Source: Bdellovibrionia bacterium (GTDB lineage: Bacteria; Bdellovibrionota; UBA1018). From it: 19,820 nucleotides of DNA. Location: positions 1 to 19,820 of the forward strand of contig JBMSSC010000042.1 of NCBI GenBank assembly GCA_049424145.1, in the 5' to 3' direction. Shown piece after piece: positions 1 to 7,962 of this stretch; positions within the stretch are counted from its first letter, which is position 1, and each line of letters begins with the position of its first letter. Under the pieces are notes generated by a model. It saw only the letters and a list, made by a program, of their open reading frames with translations. It did no database searches and had not been told where the DNA came from. A program made the translations under genes and the position numbers.

Positions 1-1
1 A

Positions 2-1195
2 TGGGTTAGACGCCTGAGGACTTTGTTTGCCCCCCTTGCAGCAGTGGAGATCTCGCAGGGGAGGGAGTTTCTGGAGCAGGCTCAGATCCTGTTTGTGGAT
101 GAGAAGTGGACGGGGGAGGGAGGCATTGATCCTAATTTGGGGGGGATCGCTGAGCTTCTCAAGCGCAGTCGTGAAAAAAAACAGATGATCCTGTTACTGG
201 TGCGGAGCGCTGAGAAGGTGCCCGAGGTTTTTTTAAAAGGTGAGGTCCATGGCTGTCTTTCGCTCCCGTTTCGCGCTCTGGATTTGATGAATAGTCTCAG
301 AGGGTATGAGCATTGGCGGAGTGTTGAGCAAATCTCAGATTGGAGCGCTTCATTTTCGAGTTCTTTGCAGGATTTGTCTCAAGAAGTCCGTCTTGCTGAG
401 GCGTTGCAAAAAAAGAAAATGCCTAGAAAATTTAACCACTTAAAAGGCCTTTCGGTCTTCAGTCGGTACTGCGCCGGGATGGGATCAGGGGGGGATTACC
501 TGGATCTGCAAGAGGGCAGCAGGTCTTTAGGGCAGGAGCCTGAGAGTTCCATGCGAGATCCTTCAGCGGTGTCTTTTGTTCTCTCCAGTGCCTCCAGTTA
601 TGCCCTTTCCAGTGCCTTTTTAAAGGCCGTTATGACTTTGGGCGATTGCAATTCTCCTCAGGAGGGTCGATCTGCAGAAAGCTCTGCCTTGGTCTCTGAG
701 CCTTGGGTGAGTCGCATTTTAACGGAATTAAAGCCTGGGATGAAACCGCAGGATCAGCTTTCCCTAATCCATGGAGTCTTCTTGAGAACACAAGGGTGTC
801 TTCGCTTGACTCACTGGGGAGAATGCGGGTTGTTTGTGGCCCAGCCGAACGGAGAATTTAGGGTTCTTGCCGCTCAGGCCTCGGCATTGAATCCGAGCAG
901 TCATCCAGCTCAGGTAAAAGAGCTTCAGATTCCCTTGGCGCCTGCCATGAGGATTGCGCTTTTTTCGCCTGGATTTTTAGCCACTTGTGGGGGGGGGAAG
1001 GCCGTAGCTCAGCTCCTCAATCGCTCGCGTGATGAAGGTGCGCAGGAAAGCTTCAATGAGTGGATGTTTCACTTCAAGTCAGCCCTACCCCCCGAAGGGG
1101 GAATTCCAAAACACGACTCAACCGCCATTTTAATTGAGATTCAGAAGGATTTTCTGCCAGCCATCAGGCTAACGCAAGGCGAGACGGAGACTTAA
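2..1195 (+). CDS. SpoIIE/RsbU-type PP2C phosphatase-fold protein with degenerate N-terminal receiver-like region; probably 5'-truncated by the window edge; catalytic residues degenerate
   Basis: The frame is open from position 2 (WVRRLRTLFAP...), so the TTG at 23 is probably not the true start. Motifs: EVRLAEALQKKKMP (cf. EL..A..IQ..LLP linker), YCAGMGSGGDYLD (cf. VGGDFYD), LTHWGE, RIALFSPGF (cf. LLLYTDGL), HDSTAILIE (cf. DDxT). The N-terminal ILFVDE...GEVHGCLSLPF resembles a receiver domain. Ends TAA. Confidence 0.7.
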   Translation, partial: WVRRLRTLFAPLAAVEISQGREFLEQAQILFVDEKWTGEGGIDPNLGGIAELLKRSREKKQMILLLVRSAEKVPEVFLKGEVHGCLSLPFRALDLMNSLRGYEHWRSVEQISDWSASFSSSLQDLSQEVRLAEALQKKKMPRKFNHLKGLSVFSRYCAGMGSGGDYLDLQEGSRSLGQEPESSMRDPSAVSFVLSSASSYALSSAFLKAVMTLGDCNSPQEGRSAESSALVSEPWVSRILTELKPGMKPQDQLSLIHGVFLRTQGCLRLTHWGECGLFVAQPNGEFRVLAAQASALNPSSHPAQVKELQIPLAPAMRIALFSPGFLATCGGGKAVAQLLNRSRDEGAQESFNEWMFHFKSALPPEGGIPKHDSTAILIEIQKDFLPAIRLTQGETET

Positions 1196-1257
1196 GCATT
1201 CGTTTGATGAGTTCACGGATTTTTTTCATATCGTTTACTAACCTATGCTGAATTCGT

Positions 1258-1509
1258 CTAAAAATCAAGCCCACTCTGGTTTTTGAGGTCATGAGTGGGG
1301 TCCCTCCTCCTGATTAAGAGGATGGAGATTGGGTTTTTCAGGTCGATTCTGAATTGATTTTTTTTAAATAGACTGTAATCAAATTCAGTATTTACGGGGC
1401 AATTCCTGGGCTTAAAAAAGCCACCTCGGGGTCGAGCTTTGGGAGGTGCTCCTTGGGGCTTAGGCAGAGGGACTCTAGTTGAGCCCCTGTTGATGCGTTG
1501 ATTCTGCAA
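1258..1509 (-). CDS. Possible small basic hypothetical protein (83 aa) downstream of the cystathionine gamma-lyase gene
   Basis: Fills the 1196-1521 gap and starts (TTG) 12 nt after the CGL stop. A GGAGGT precedes it but only 2 nt from the start. No recognisable domain. Confidence 0.25.
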   Translation of the reverse strand: MQNQRINRGSTRVPLPKPQGAPPKARPRGGFFKPRNCPVNTEFDYSLFKKNQFRIDLKNPISILLIRRRDPTHDLKNQSGLDF

Positions 1510-1521
1510 GCACCTCCGAGT

Positions 1522-2676
1522 TCAGTTGCTTAAAGCTTGGTCAATGTCTTGAATTAGGTCAGTGAGATCCTCAATGCCCACGCTCATGCGGATGAGATTG
1601 TCGAGGATGCCTAATTTTTTCCGAGAGTCAGCCGGAATGCTGGCATGCGTCATGATTGCCGGGTGTTCGATGAGCGATTCCACGCCGCCTAGGCTTTCAG
1701 CAAGGGTAAACAGCTTGAGCTTCTCAAGAAATACGCGAGACTCGGGCAGTCCCCCTCGGAGCAGGAATGTGATCATTCCTCCAAAACCGGACATTTGACT
1801 GCAGGCTAGGTCATGTTGAGGATGAGATTTTAGGCCTGGATAGATGACTTTTTCAATTCTCGGATGTTTCTCCAAGTGGTGAGCGATGGCCAAAGCGTTT
1901 TGAGCGTGCCTCTCCATGCGAATTGAGAGTGTCTTAATCCCTCGCATGACCAAGAAGCAGTCCCAGGGAGAGGGAACCGCACCCACTGCGTTTTGAATGA
2001 ACTTGAGCTCTTGATAAAGGGCAGTGCTTTGCGTGACGATGGCTCCACCGACAACGTCGCTGTGGCCGTTGAGGTACTTGGTGACGCTGTGAAGAACGAG
2101 GTCTGCACCCAATGCGAGAGGCTTTTGAAAATAGGAGCTCATAAAGGTATTGTCTACTACGGAGAGGGCCTTTTTCCTCCGAGCTAAAGCGGTGAGCTGC
2201 TGGATATTTAAGATCTTCAGCATGGGATTGGTCGGCGTTTCAATCCAAAGGAGTCGAGTATTGGGTTGAAACGCGTTTTCAGCTGCGCTCAGGTCTGAGA
2301 GGTCCACGAAGCTGAATTGGATTCCTAAGCGGGTGTAGACTTGGTTGAAAATTCTAAACGTGCCACCGTAGACATCATCGGAGCAGACCACGTGATCACC
2401 GGTTTTCAATGTATGAAGAATGGCATCAATTGCGGCCAAGCCCGAGGCAAAAGCCAAGGCGTGCTGAGCTCCTTCGAGTGCGGCTAAGCAGGCTTGGTAG
2501 GCGCTTCGTGTGGGGTTGTCCGTGCGGGAGTACTCAAATCCTCGATGTTCTCCTAAGCGAGCTTGAGCATAGGTGCTGGTTTGATAAATGGGGGTCATCA
2601 CAGCGCCGGTCTGAGGATCGGGGTCCTGTCCTGCGTGAATCGCAAGGGTACTGAAACTGTACTTCGGGTGATCCAT
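1522..2676 (-). CDS. mccB: Cystathionine gamma-lyase (Cys/Met metabolism PLP-dependent enzyme, MetB/MccB family)
   Basis: Motifs YSRTDNPT, DDVYGGT, ETPTNP, DNTF, HSVTKYLNGHSD (PLP lysine), AESLGGVESL, RMSVGIE. AAGGAG SD 8 nt before the ATG. Lyase rather than synthase is inferred from the 14-nt linkage to cbs. Confidence 0.9.
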   Translation of the reverse strand: MDHPKYSFSTLAIHAGQDPDPQTGAVMTPIYQTSTYAQARLGEHRGFEYSRTDNPTRSAYQACLAALEGAQHALAFASGLAAIDAILHTLKTGDHVVCSDDVYGGTFRIFNQVYTRLGIQFSFVDLSDLSAAENAFQPNTRLLWIETPTNPMLKILNIQQLTALARRKKALSVVDNTFMSSYFQKPLALGADLVLHSVTKYLNGHSDVVGGAIVTQSTALYQELKFIQNAVGAVPSPWDCFLVMRGIKTLSIRMERHAQNALAIAHHLEKHPRIEKVIYPGLKSHPQHDLACSQMSGFGGMITFLLRGGLPESRVFLEKLKLFTLAESLGGVESLIEHPAIMTHASIPADSRKKLGILDNLIRMSVGIEDLTDLIQDIDQALSN

Positions 2677-2690
2677 GGAACGTGCTCCTT

Positions 2691-4091
2691 TTAAGTTCTT
2701 TGGCTTAAGTAGGTGATCAGGTCAATTTTGGTGATAATTGAGAGAAATTCAGAGTCATTTTTTGAGTTGTGAACCAAGGGGCTTTTCCCGGCTTTCACTA
2801 AGCGAGAAACCTTTTCAATTGGATCGCTTGGAGTCACAAACTCAATCGAGGAATCAATGAGGGGTTCGATCGAATCGGAGGGTTTAATGCGATTTTCATA
2901 CAGGGCATTTAAGATGGAGCCCTCAGTGATGATTCCCTTGATCCATCCAGCTTCATCTTGGACAGGCAACTGACTGACGTCTTTTTCCTTCATCTTTTCA
3001 ATCACCGATGAGACTCGGTCCTTGGGTTGTGCCGTGATCATTTTTCTTGGGTTAAAAAGTTTGGATTGAATGAGGTCGGAAACAGTTCCCAAAGAGAGTT
3101 CACCTAAGAACCCGGCTTCTCTCATCCAGTCATCATTAAAGACTTTGGATAAATATCGATTTCCACTATCGCAAATGATGGTGAGAACATTTTTACCGGC
3201 ATAGTCTTCTTTTTGATTTTTAATCCACTTCAGGGCGCCAACCACGGCAGATCCACTTGAAATTCCGCAGTATAAGCCTTCTTTAGTGAGCAGGTCTCGG
3301 GTCATCAGAAACGATTCACGATCTTCAACTTGGACCATGTCATCGATGACAGAAAAGTCATAGTTTTTAGGGATAAAATCTTCACCGATCCCCTCAATTT
3401 TATAGGTCTTCGGCTGGGTCTCCAGCTTTCCAGTCTTAAAGTAGTCGTAGACAATTGACCCAACGGGGTCTACGGCTACGATCTTACAGGTTGGTTTTTT
3501 TTCTTTTAAATACTTACCGATCCCACAGACCGTTCCGCCCGTTCCAATTCCTGCAACTAGGACATCAATCTCAGGCATCTGTTTGAGGATCTCAGGTCCT
3601 GTCATGCGGTAATGAGTCGCTCGGTTGGAGAGGTTGTCATATTGATTTAAATAAATCGAGTTTGGAGTTTCTCGAGCAAGCCTGCGAGCCACTTGGTAGT
3701 AACTCCGGGGATCTTCAGGGGCAACCGCCGTTGGGGTCACCACGACTTTTGCGCCGAAAGCGCGAAGGTTGCGAATCTTTTCATCGGACATCTTATCGGG
3801 CAGCACAAAGATGCACTTGTAGCCTCGAATTGTTGCAGCAAGGGCTAGTCCTACCCCTGTGTTTCCACTTGTGCTTTCGATGATCGTTCCACCCGGACGG
3901 ATTAAGCCCTGGTCCTCAGCGTCTTGGATCATCGACCATCCAATTCGATCTTTAATTGAACCCCCTGGGTTCATAAACTCAAGTTTACCATAAATCTTAG
4001 CTGAAGAACCGGCTGCGACTCGGTTGAGTTGAACAATGGGTGTGTTTCCGATCACGTCGAGTACGTTTTTATAGAGCATCTTAATCATCAT
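2691..4091 (-). CDS. cbs: Cystathionine beta-synthase (PLP fold II) with C-terminal CBS domain region
   Basis: Motifs IGNTP, NPGGSIKDR (PLP lysine), STSGNTG, GIGTGGT, IEGIGEDF, DSGNRYLSK. The C-terminus has CBS-type segments (MKEKDVSQLPV...GIITEGSIL; IITKIDLI). GAGGAG SD upstream. Confidence 0.92.
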   Translation of the reverse strand: MMIKMLYKNVLDVIGNTPIVQLNRVAAGSSAKIYGKLEFMNPGGSIKDRIGWSMIQDAEDQGLIRPGGTIIESTSGNTGVGLALAATIRGYKCIFVLPDKMSDEKIRNLRAFGAKVVVTPTAVAPEDPRSYYQVARRLARETPNSIYLNQYDNLSNRATHYRMTGPEILKQMPEIDVLVAGIGTGGTVCGIGKYLKEKKPTCKIVAVDPVGSIVYDYFKTGKLETQPKTYKIEGIGEDFIPKNYDFSVIDDMVQVEDRESFLMTRDLLTKEGLYCGISSGSAVVGALKWIKNQKEDYAGKNVLTIICDSGNRYLSKVFNDDWMREAGFLGELSLGTVSDLIQSKLFNPRKMITAQPKDRVSSVIEKMKEKDVSQLPVQDEAGWIKGIITEGSILNALYENRIKPSDSIEPLIDSSIEFVTPSDPIEKVSRLVKAGKSPLVHNSKNDSEFLSIITKIDLITYLSQRT

Positions 4092-4309
4092 GCATACTCC
4101 TCTCAGTTTTTAGATGCAAGGTATCCCAATCGGATTAGCCTAAAATCAATTGAGAATGATAGAGCGAGCTGATCGGAGATGAGGGAGGTCATGACACGGT
4201 TAATTGACGTCTTAAAATAGGTTTTGTTTTTTGAGGCAACTCGATTCATAATGAGAGGAAATTAAATAAAATGGCAAACAGAAGTTAAGTGAAATGTTTG
4301 GGTATTTAA

Positions 4310-5362
4310 ATGGGGATGAAGATGAAACCAAGAAAGCATATGATTTCATTTGTTCTGTTTTTTGCCTCTGCCTCATCCGTAGGTTGGGCCTCAGAACTGC
4401 ATGAGGAAAATCATGAGGCGGTGAATAAAACAGAAGAGCCACAATCGGCAACCCCACCTTCAGCGGCGTCCTCAGTAGAGGGATCTCTTAAGTCAGTGCC
4501 GTCTGAAGCCCAAGTCAGTCAAGAGGCTTCTGCGTCCCCTGGACAGCAGAAAGCTTCAGAAGAAGATGTCGTCACCAGCATTCTGAAGAAAACTCCGCCC
4601 CCACAAGCCTCTGATTCCGCAGCGGCTCAGGCCTCATCTGCTCAGGTGCGTCCCGCTTTGGATTCTAAAGCTTACGACCCCAAGCATCCGCAGTACTTTG
4701 CCTTGGCATTAGGTGCAGATCAATTGACTAGCTCAGGATCTTCGGCTCAATTAGTTTATTCCTTAAGGGCGGGTCAGGCAGTGGGTGAGAATCGTCTTGG
4801 GCTCTGGAGTGTGGGGGCCTATTTTGGTTCGTATCCGTTGACGCATGCGGTGTCCGATGTCTCGGCTCAAGGCAACACGCTTTTATTGGCCTTGGATTTA
4901 TTGGTGCGCAGGACGTTTGGCTCAGGGCTTTATTGGGGGGTTCGTCTCGGGGCTGGTTTCTCGAATTTGACCCTAAGAGCCCTAAGTCCTGAGGTTTCTG
5001 CGACCGGTTCCATTGCTCGCTTAGCCCTGGGGCCGGTGCTTGGTTATGAAGCCCCTCTTTCCAAAAGACTGAATTTTTTGGTGGATGTTTCCTGGATGAC
5101 CTTGAAGGAAGGGACGATGGCGTTCCCGATTTTGGATGCTCGGTATAATTCCGTTCAGGTTGCGGCGCAAGCCAACTTTCAGGTTCAATTAGGTGTTTCA
5201 TACAATTGGGGTGGAGTCATGGAGGAGTCGGCTCCACGTGCTCTTTCCTCAGCTGAGTCCAATGATCAGAGGCTCAAGCGAATCTTGAAAGAGCATCATA
5301 TTGGCCAGAGGTGGTCTCTGACTGAGGGTTGGGTAGATGATGCCTCCAAGGGCCTGAAGTAG
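4310..5362 (+). CDS. Exported protein: signal peptide, Ser/Ala/Pro/Glu-rich linker, probable outer-membrane beta-barrel domain
   Basis: KPRKH followed by hydrophobic ISFVLFFASASSVGWA signal. Low-complexity spacer, then amphipathic strands (LYWGVRLGAGF, LGPVLGYE, FLVDVSW, VQLGVSYNW). Several candidate ATG starts between 4310 and 4340. Ends TAG. Confidence 0.7.
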   Translation: MGMKMKPRKHMISFVLFFASASSVGWASELHEENHEAVNKTEEPQSATPPSAASSVEGSLKSVPSEAQVSQEASASPGQQKASEEDVVTSILKKTPPPQASDSAAAQASSAQVRPALDSKAYDPKHPQYFALALGADQLTSSGSSAQLVYSLRAGQAVGENRLGLWSVGAYFGSYPLTHAVSDVSAQGNTLLLALDLLVRRTFGSGLYWGVRLGAGFSNLTLRALSPEVSATGSIARLALGPVLGYEAPLSKRLNFLVDVSWMTLKEGTMAFPILDARYNSVQVAAQANFQVQLGVSYNWGGVMEESAPRALSSAESNDQRLKRILKEHHIGQRWSLTEGWVDDASKGLK

Positions 5363-5443
5363 AGCTCAGACTTTCTGATTGCTGAACCCCTTTGGCATGA
5401 TGTCTGATCAAAGTTTTCATGGGATCCCTCCGGTTTCATTCTC

Positions 5444-7069
5444 TTAGGGTTTCTGAGTGTCAGTTTTAAGTGGGTCTGGTAGGGACTTTGAATGAGGGCT
5501 TGGGGCAGGGCTGCGCCTCCTGGGTAGCTTCTGTACGGCGTCGTCTTCTTTTGACTCGTGCGTGGGGAGGAAAAAGGAAAAGGGCGCAGGCGGAGTCGAC
5601 ATTCTTTTTTGTGGGACGAGCGGATCGGAGACTGCGGTCTCAGGGGGGGCTAAGGTCGGGAGGACATGGAGATCTCGCTTCCGCTTTTTTTCTGCGTTCA
5701 GCGGAAGTGGAGGTTTTGTGAAAGGAAACTGCGTGAGATCGAGGGTATCGATTTCTGAGCAGTCAAGCTTTGGGGGCTCGATGCGTGGGGCTAGCGGCAT
5801 TTGCCAGTCTGAAAGAAAGATCTGTTGAAAATAGGAGGCCGCCTCCGGGCTTTCTACGAGCACAGCAACTTCTCGGTTGAAGAAGAGGGAGTTTCTGGTT
5901 CCATTGATGGAGCTGACTAAGACTTTTGATCCGTCAATGATGAAGCCCTTATTGTGAATGTAGGAGATTTGAGCCTTTTTGTTGTCCAAGATTTCAGCTG
6001 AAATCGGTAGGTGTTTGCAATCCGCTAGCCATCGAATGAGCATGCAAGTCTCTTCGTTGCGGGTGGCTTTCAGGGCTGGGGTCTCAGGATGGGTTCCGGC
6101 CTTCTGAGGCTTGGCAAAGACCGTTTCGTCATTCAATAGAATTCTGACTTGGACGCCTCTTTCGGCTGCTTCGATCAGAGACTTGACCAAGGGGTTGAGT
6201 TGTCTGGGAGAGGTTTTTTCTGCTGTCCAGTTCAGAGGCAAGCTCATCTCTTGGACTTCAATGGAGGTTTGAGCAGATTGAATGAGAGTCGTTATTTCTT
6301 CTAAAGAGTGAGGTGAGGTGATGAGCGCAATGGATTGAGCCGTTGCACGACCGATTTGGATTTGGCCCGCAGCCGGAGATGAGGTTTCACCCGAAGAGGA
6401 AAGGGGAGTCTGAGGCTGGATCTCAAGAGAGAGGGGCTCGGTGCTTTGCGTGAGTTCTTGAATGTCGTTTGGGTTCTCCGAGTCGATTTGAAAAATTGTT
6501 TTCAGCTGTTCAATGAGTCGGGGGTCCTCTAACGTGATGTCCCACCCGCGGTTTCCTTTTTGGCCTGGACTGGAGTGTCCAGTGGGGGTGAAGTTCTCTG
6601 AGGAGATGAGGACCTTTTTCTCATCTGCAATCACGTATTTGGCGTGGTTGAAGCGATATCGACGGGGTTGTCCACGTTGAGGGGTCATGAGATAAAACCG
6701 ATTTTGAGATTCCAGATTTCGCCCGAGGTTGAGGCGGATCATGGAGTCGCGGATTTGATCAATGGCCTGTTTTCCGGCTTGAGTGATCCCTCCAACGGGG
6801 TGTCCCTCGAGGATGAGGCGAACCTGAACGCCTGAGGTGAGTTTTTCTAAGATTGCCTGGACAATGGTCGGATGATCGAGCTGGTAGATATTAATGAGGA
6901 GGCTTTGCTCAGCAGCGCTGAGGGTGTTGAGTAACAAGGACTGATTGCAGTCGGGGCCAATGGCAAATTGGATCGGTGAAGCGAAAAGAGGCGCGGCATT
7001 AAGTAAGAAGAACCAAAAAAAGATGACCCGGGCCTTCAGTGACTTCGTGTATCCCATCCGATGAAGCAT
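5444..7069 (-). CDS. Secreted phospholipase D / cardiolipin synthase superfamily protein (two HKD motifs) with Pro-rich C-terminal tail
   Basis: Two HxKxxxxD motifs: NHAKYVIADEKKVLISSENF and IHNKGFIIDGSKVLVSSING. Also GVQVRLIL/GVQVRILL, NRGW, NREVAVLV and an N-terminal signal peptide (VIFFWFFLLNAAPLFA). Confidence 0.88.
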   Translation of the reverse strand: MLHRMGYTKSLKARVIFFWFFLLNAAPLFASPIQFAIGPDCNQSLLLNTLSAAEQSLLINIYQLDHPTIVQAILEKLTSGVQVRLILEGHPVGGITQAGKQAIDQIRDSMIRLNLGRNLESQNRFYLMTPQRGQPRRYRFNHAKYVIADEKKVLISSENFTPTGHSSPGQKGNRGWDITLEDPRLIEQLKTIFQIDSENPNDIQELTQSTEPLSLEIQPQTPLSSSGETSSPAAGQIQIGRATAQSIALITSPHSLEEITTLIQSAQTSIEVQEMSLPLNWTAEKTSPRQLNPLVKSLIEAAERGVQVRILLNDETVFAKPQKAGTHPETPALKATRNEETCMLIRWLADCKHLPISAEILDNKKAQISYIHNKGFIIDGSKVLVSSINGTRNSLFFNREVAVLVESPEAASYFQQIFLSDWQMPLAPRIEPPKLDCSEIDTLDLTQFPFTKPPLPLNAEKKRKRDLHVLPTLAPPETAVSDPLVPQKRMSTPPAPFSFFLPTHESKEDDAVQKLPRRRSPAPSPHSKSLPDPLKTDTQKP

Positions 7070-7332
7070 AAAGCTGATCCCCCCATTCAGTTTTCTCTTC
7101 TTGAAACCTTAACACTGGATCCAATTTTAACAATGCATCTTCATGAAACTTTCTGTTAGCATCTTAAAACGTCAAGTATCAGCAGAAGATAGGAGTATAA
7201 AGAACCCAGATCTCGAGCAAAAATCGAGCCCCAGGAGCAAAAAATGGTTGAGCAAGTCTGTATTGGGTGAAAAAGAGACTAGAAAGTTTCCCGGTTTGAG
7301 GCTAATACAAAAAAAACATAAGTAGGTAATGC

Positions 7333-7923
7333 ATGGTGCGCAACTCAGGAACGCAAAAAAAAATAGGTGTTTTAGTTTCTATTATCATCGGTGCTGCTTT
7401 GATTGCAGGGTTGGTTCAGTATTACCCCACTGCATCCAATCAGGGGTATGCCCCTGAGCAACCGATTCCCTTCTCTCATAAGTTGCATTCAGGAGAGAAC
7501 AAAATTCCCTGCATGTACTGCCACTCAGGGGCTGAGAAATCTCGTCATGCGACCATTCCGTCTTTGAATGTTTGCATGAACTGCCACTCGGTCGTGAAGA
7601 CGGATAGTCCCTACATTCAAAAAGTGAGAGCAGCCTACGCTGAAGGCAAGCCCATTGAATGGGTTCGTGTCCATGAACTTCCTGACTATGTGTACTTCCC
7701 TCACAAACGGCACGTGGCCAAAGGGGTTTCCTGTGAAGCCTGTCACGGGAACGTCAAAGAGATGGATCGAGTCGAGCAAAAAGGAGCCTTGACGATGGGT
7801 TGGTGCATGGAGTGCCACCGAGGTCAAACTACGCCGAAAGAAGTTTTACAGAAGGTCTATCCGAACGTGAAAAACCCTCAGGGTCCAGTTGCTCCGGTCA
7901 GTTGTACAACTTGCCATCACTGA
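7333..7923 (+). CDS. actA: Alternative Complex III pentaheme cytochrome c subunit
   Basis: N-terminal TM helix, GYAPEQPIPFSHKLH, and five CxxCH motifs (CMYCH, CMNCH, CEACH, CMECH, CTTCH). First gene of the act cluster. Confidence 0.93.
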   Translation: MVRNSGTQKKIGVLVSIIIGAALIAGLVQYYPTASNQGYAPEQPIPFSHKLHSGENKIPCMYCHSGAEKSRHATIPSLNVCMNCHSVVKTDSPYIQKVRAAYAEGKPIEWVRVHELPDYVYFPHKRHVAKGVSCEACHGNVKEMDRVEQKGALTMGWCMECHRGQTTPKEVLQKVYPNVKNPQGPVAPVSCTTCHH

Positions 7924-7962
7924 GGATCTAAGAAAAATCACTAGAAGTTGAAGAGAGAGATT

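Noticed and set aside
989..997. G9 tract in the SpoIIE-like gene (and A9 at 7355-7363 in actA) as phase-variation switches
   Set aside because: Both tracts are short and in frame, this sequence has many homopolymer runs, and there is no evidence of variation.
4092..4309. SAM riboswitch or T-box upstream of cbs
   Set aside because: No recognisable conserved core motifs on the minus strand by eye; an Rfam scan would be needed to exclude it fully.
7143..7325. 60-aa ORF upstream of actA
   Set aside because: Lys-rich translation of an A-rich divergent promoter region, with no SD and no domain.
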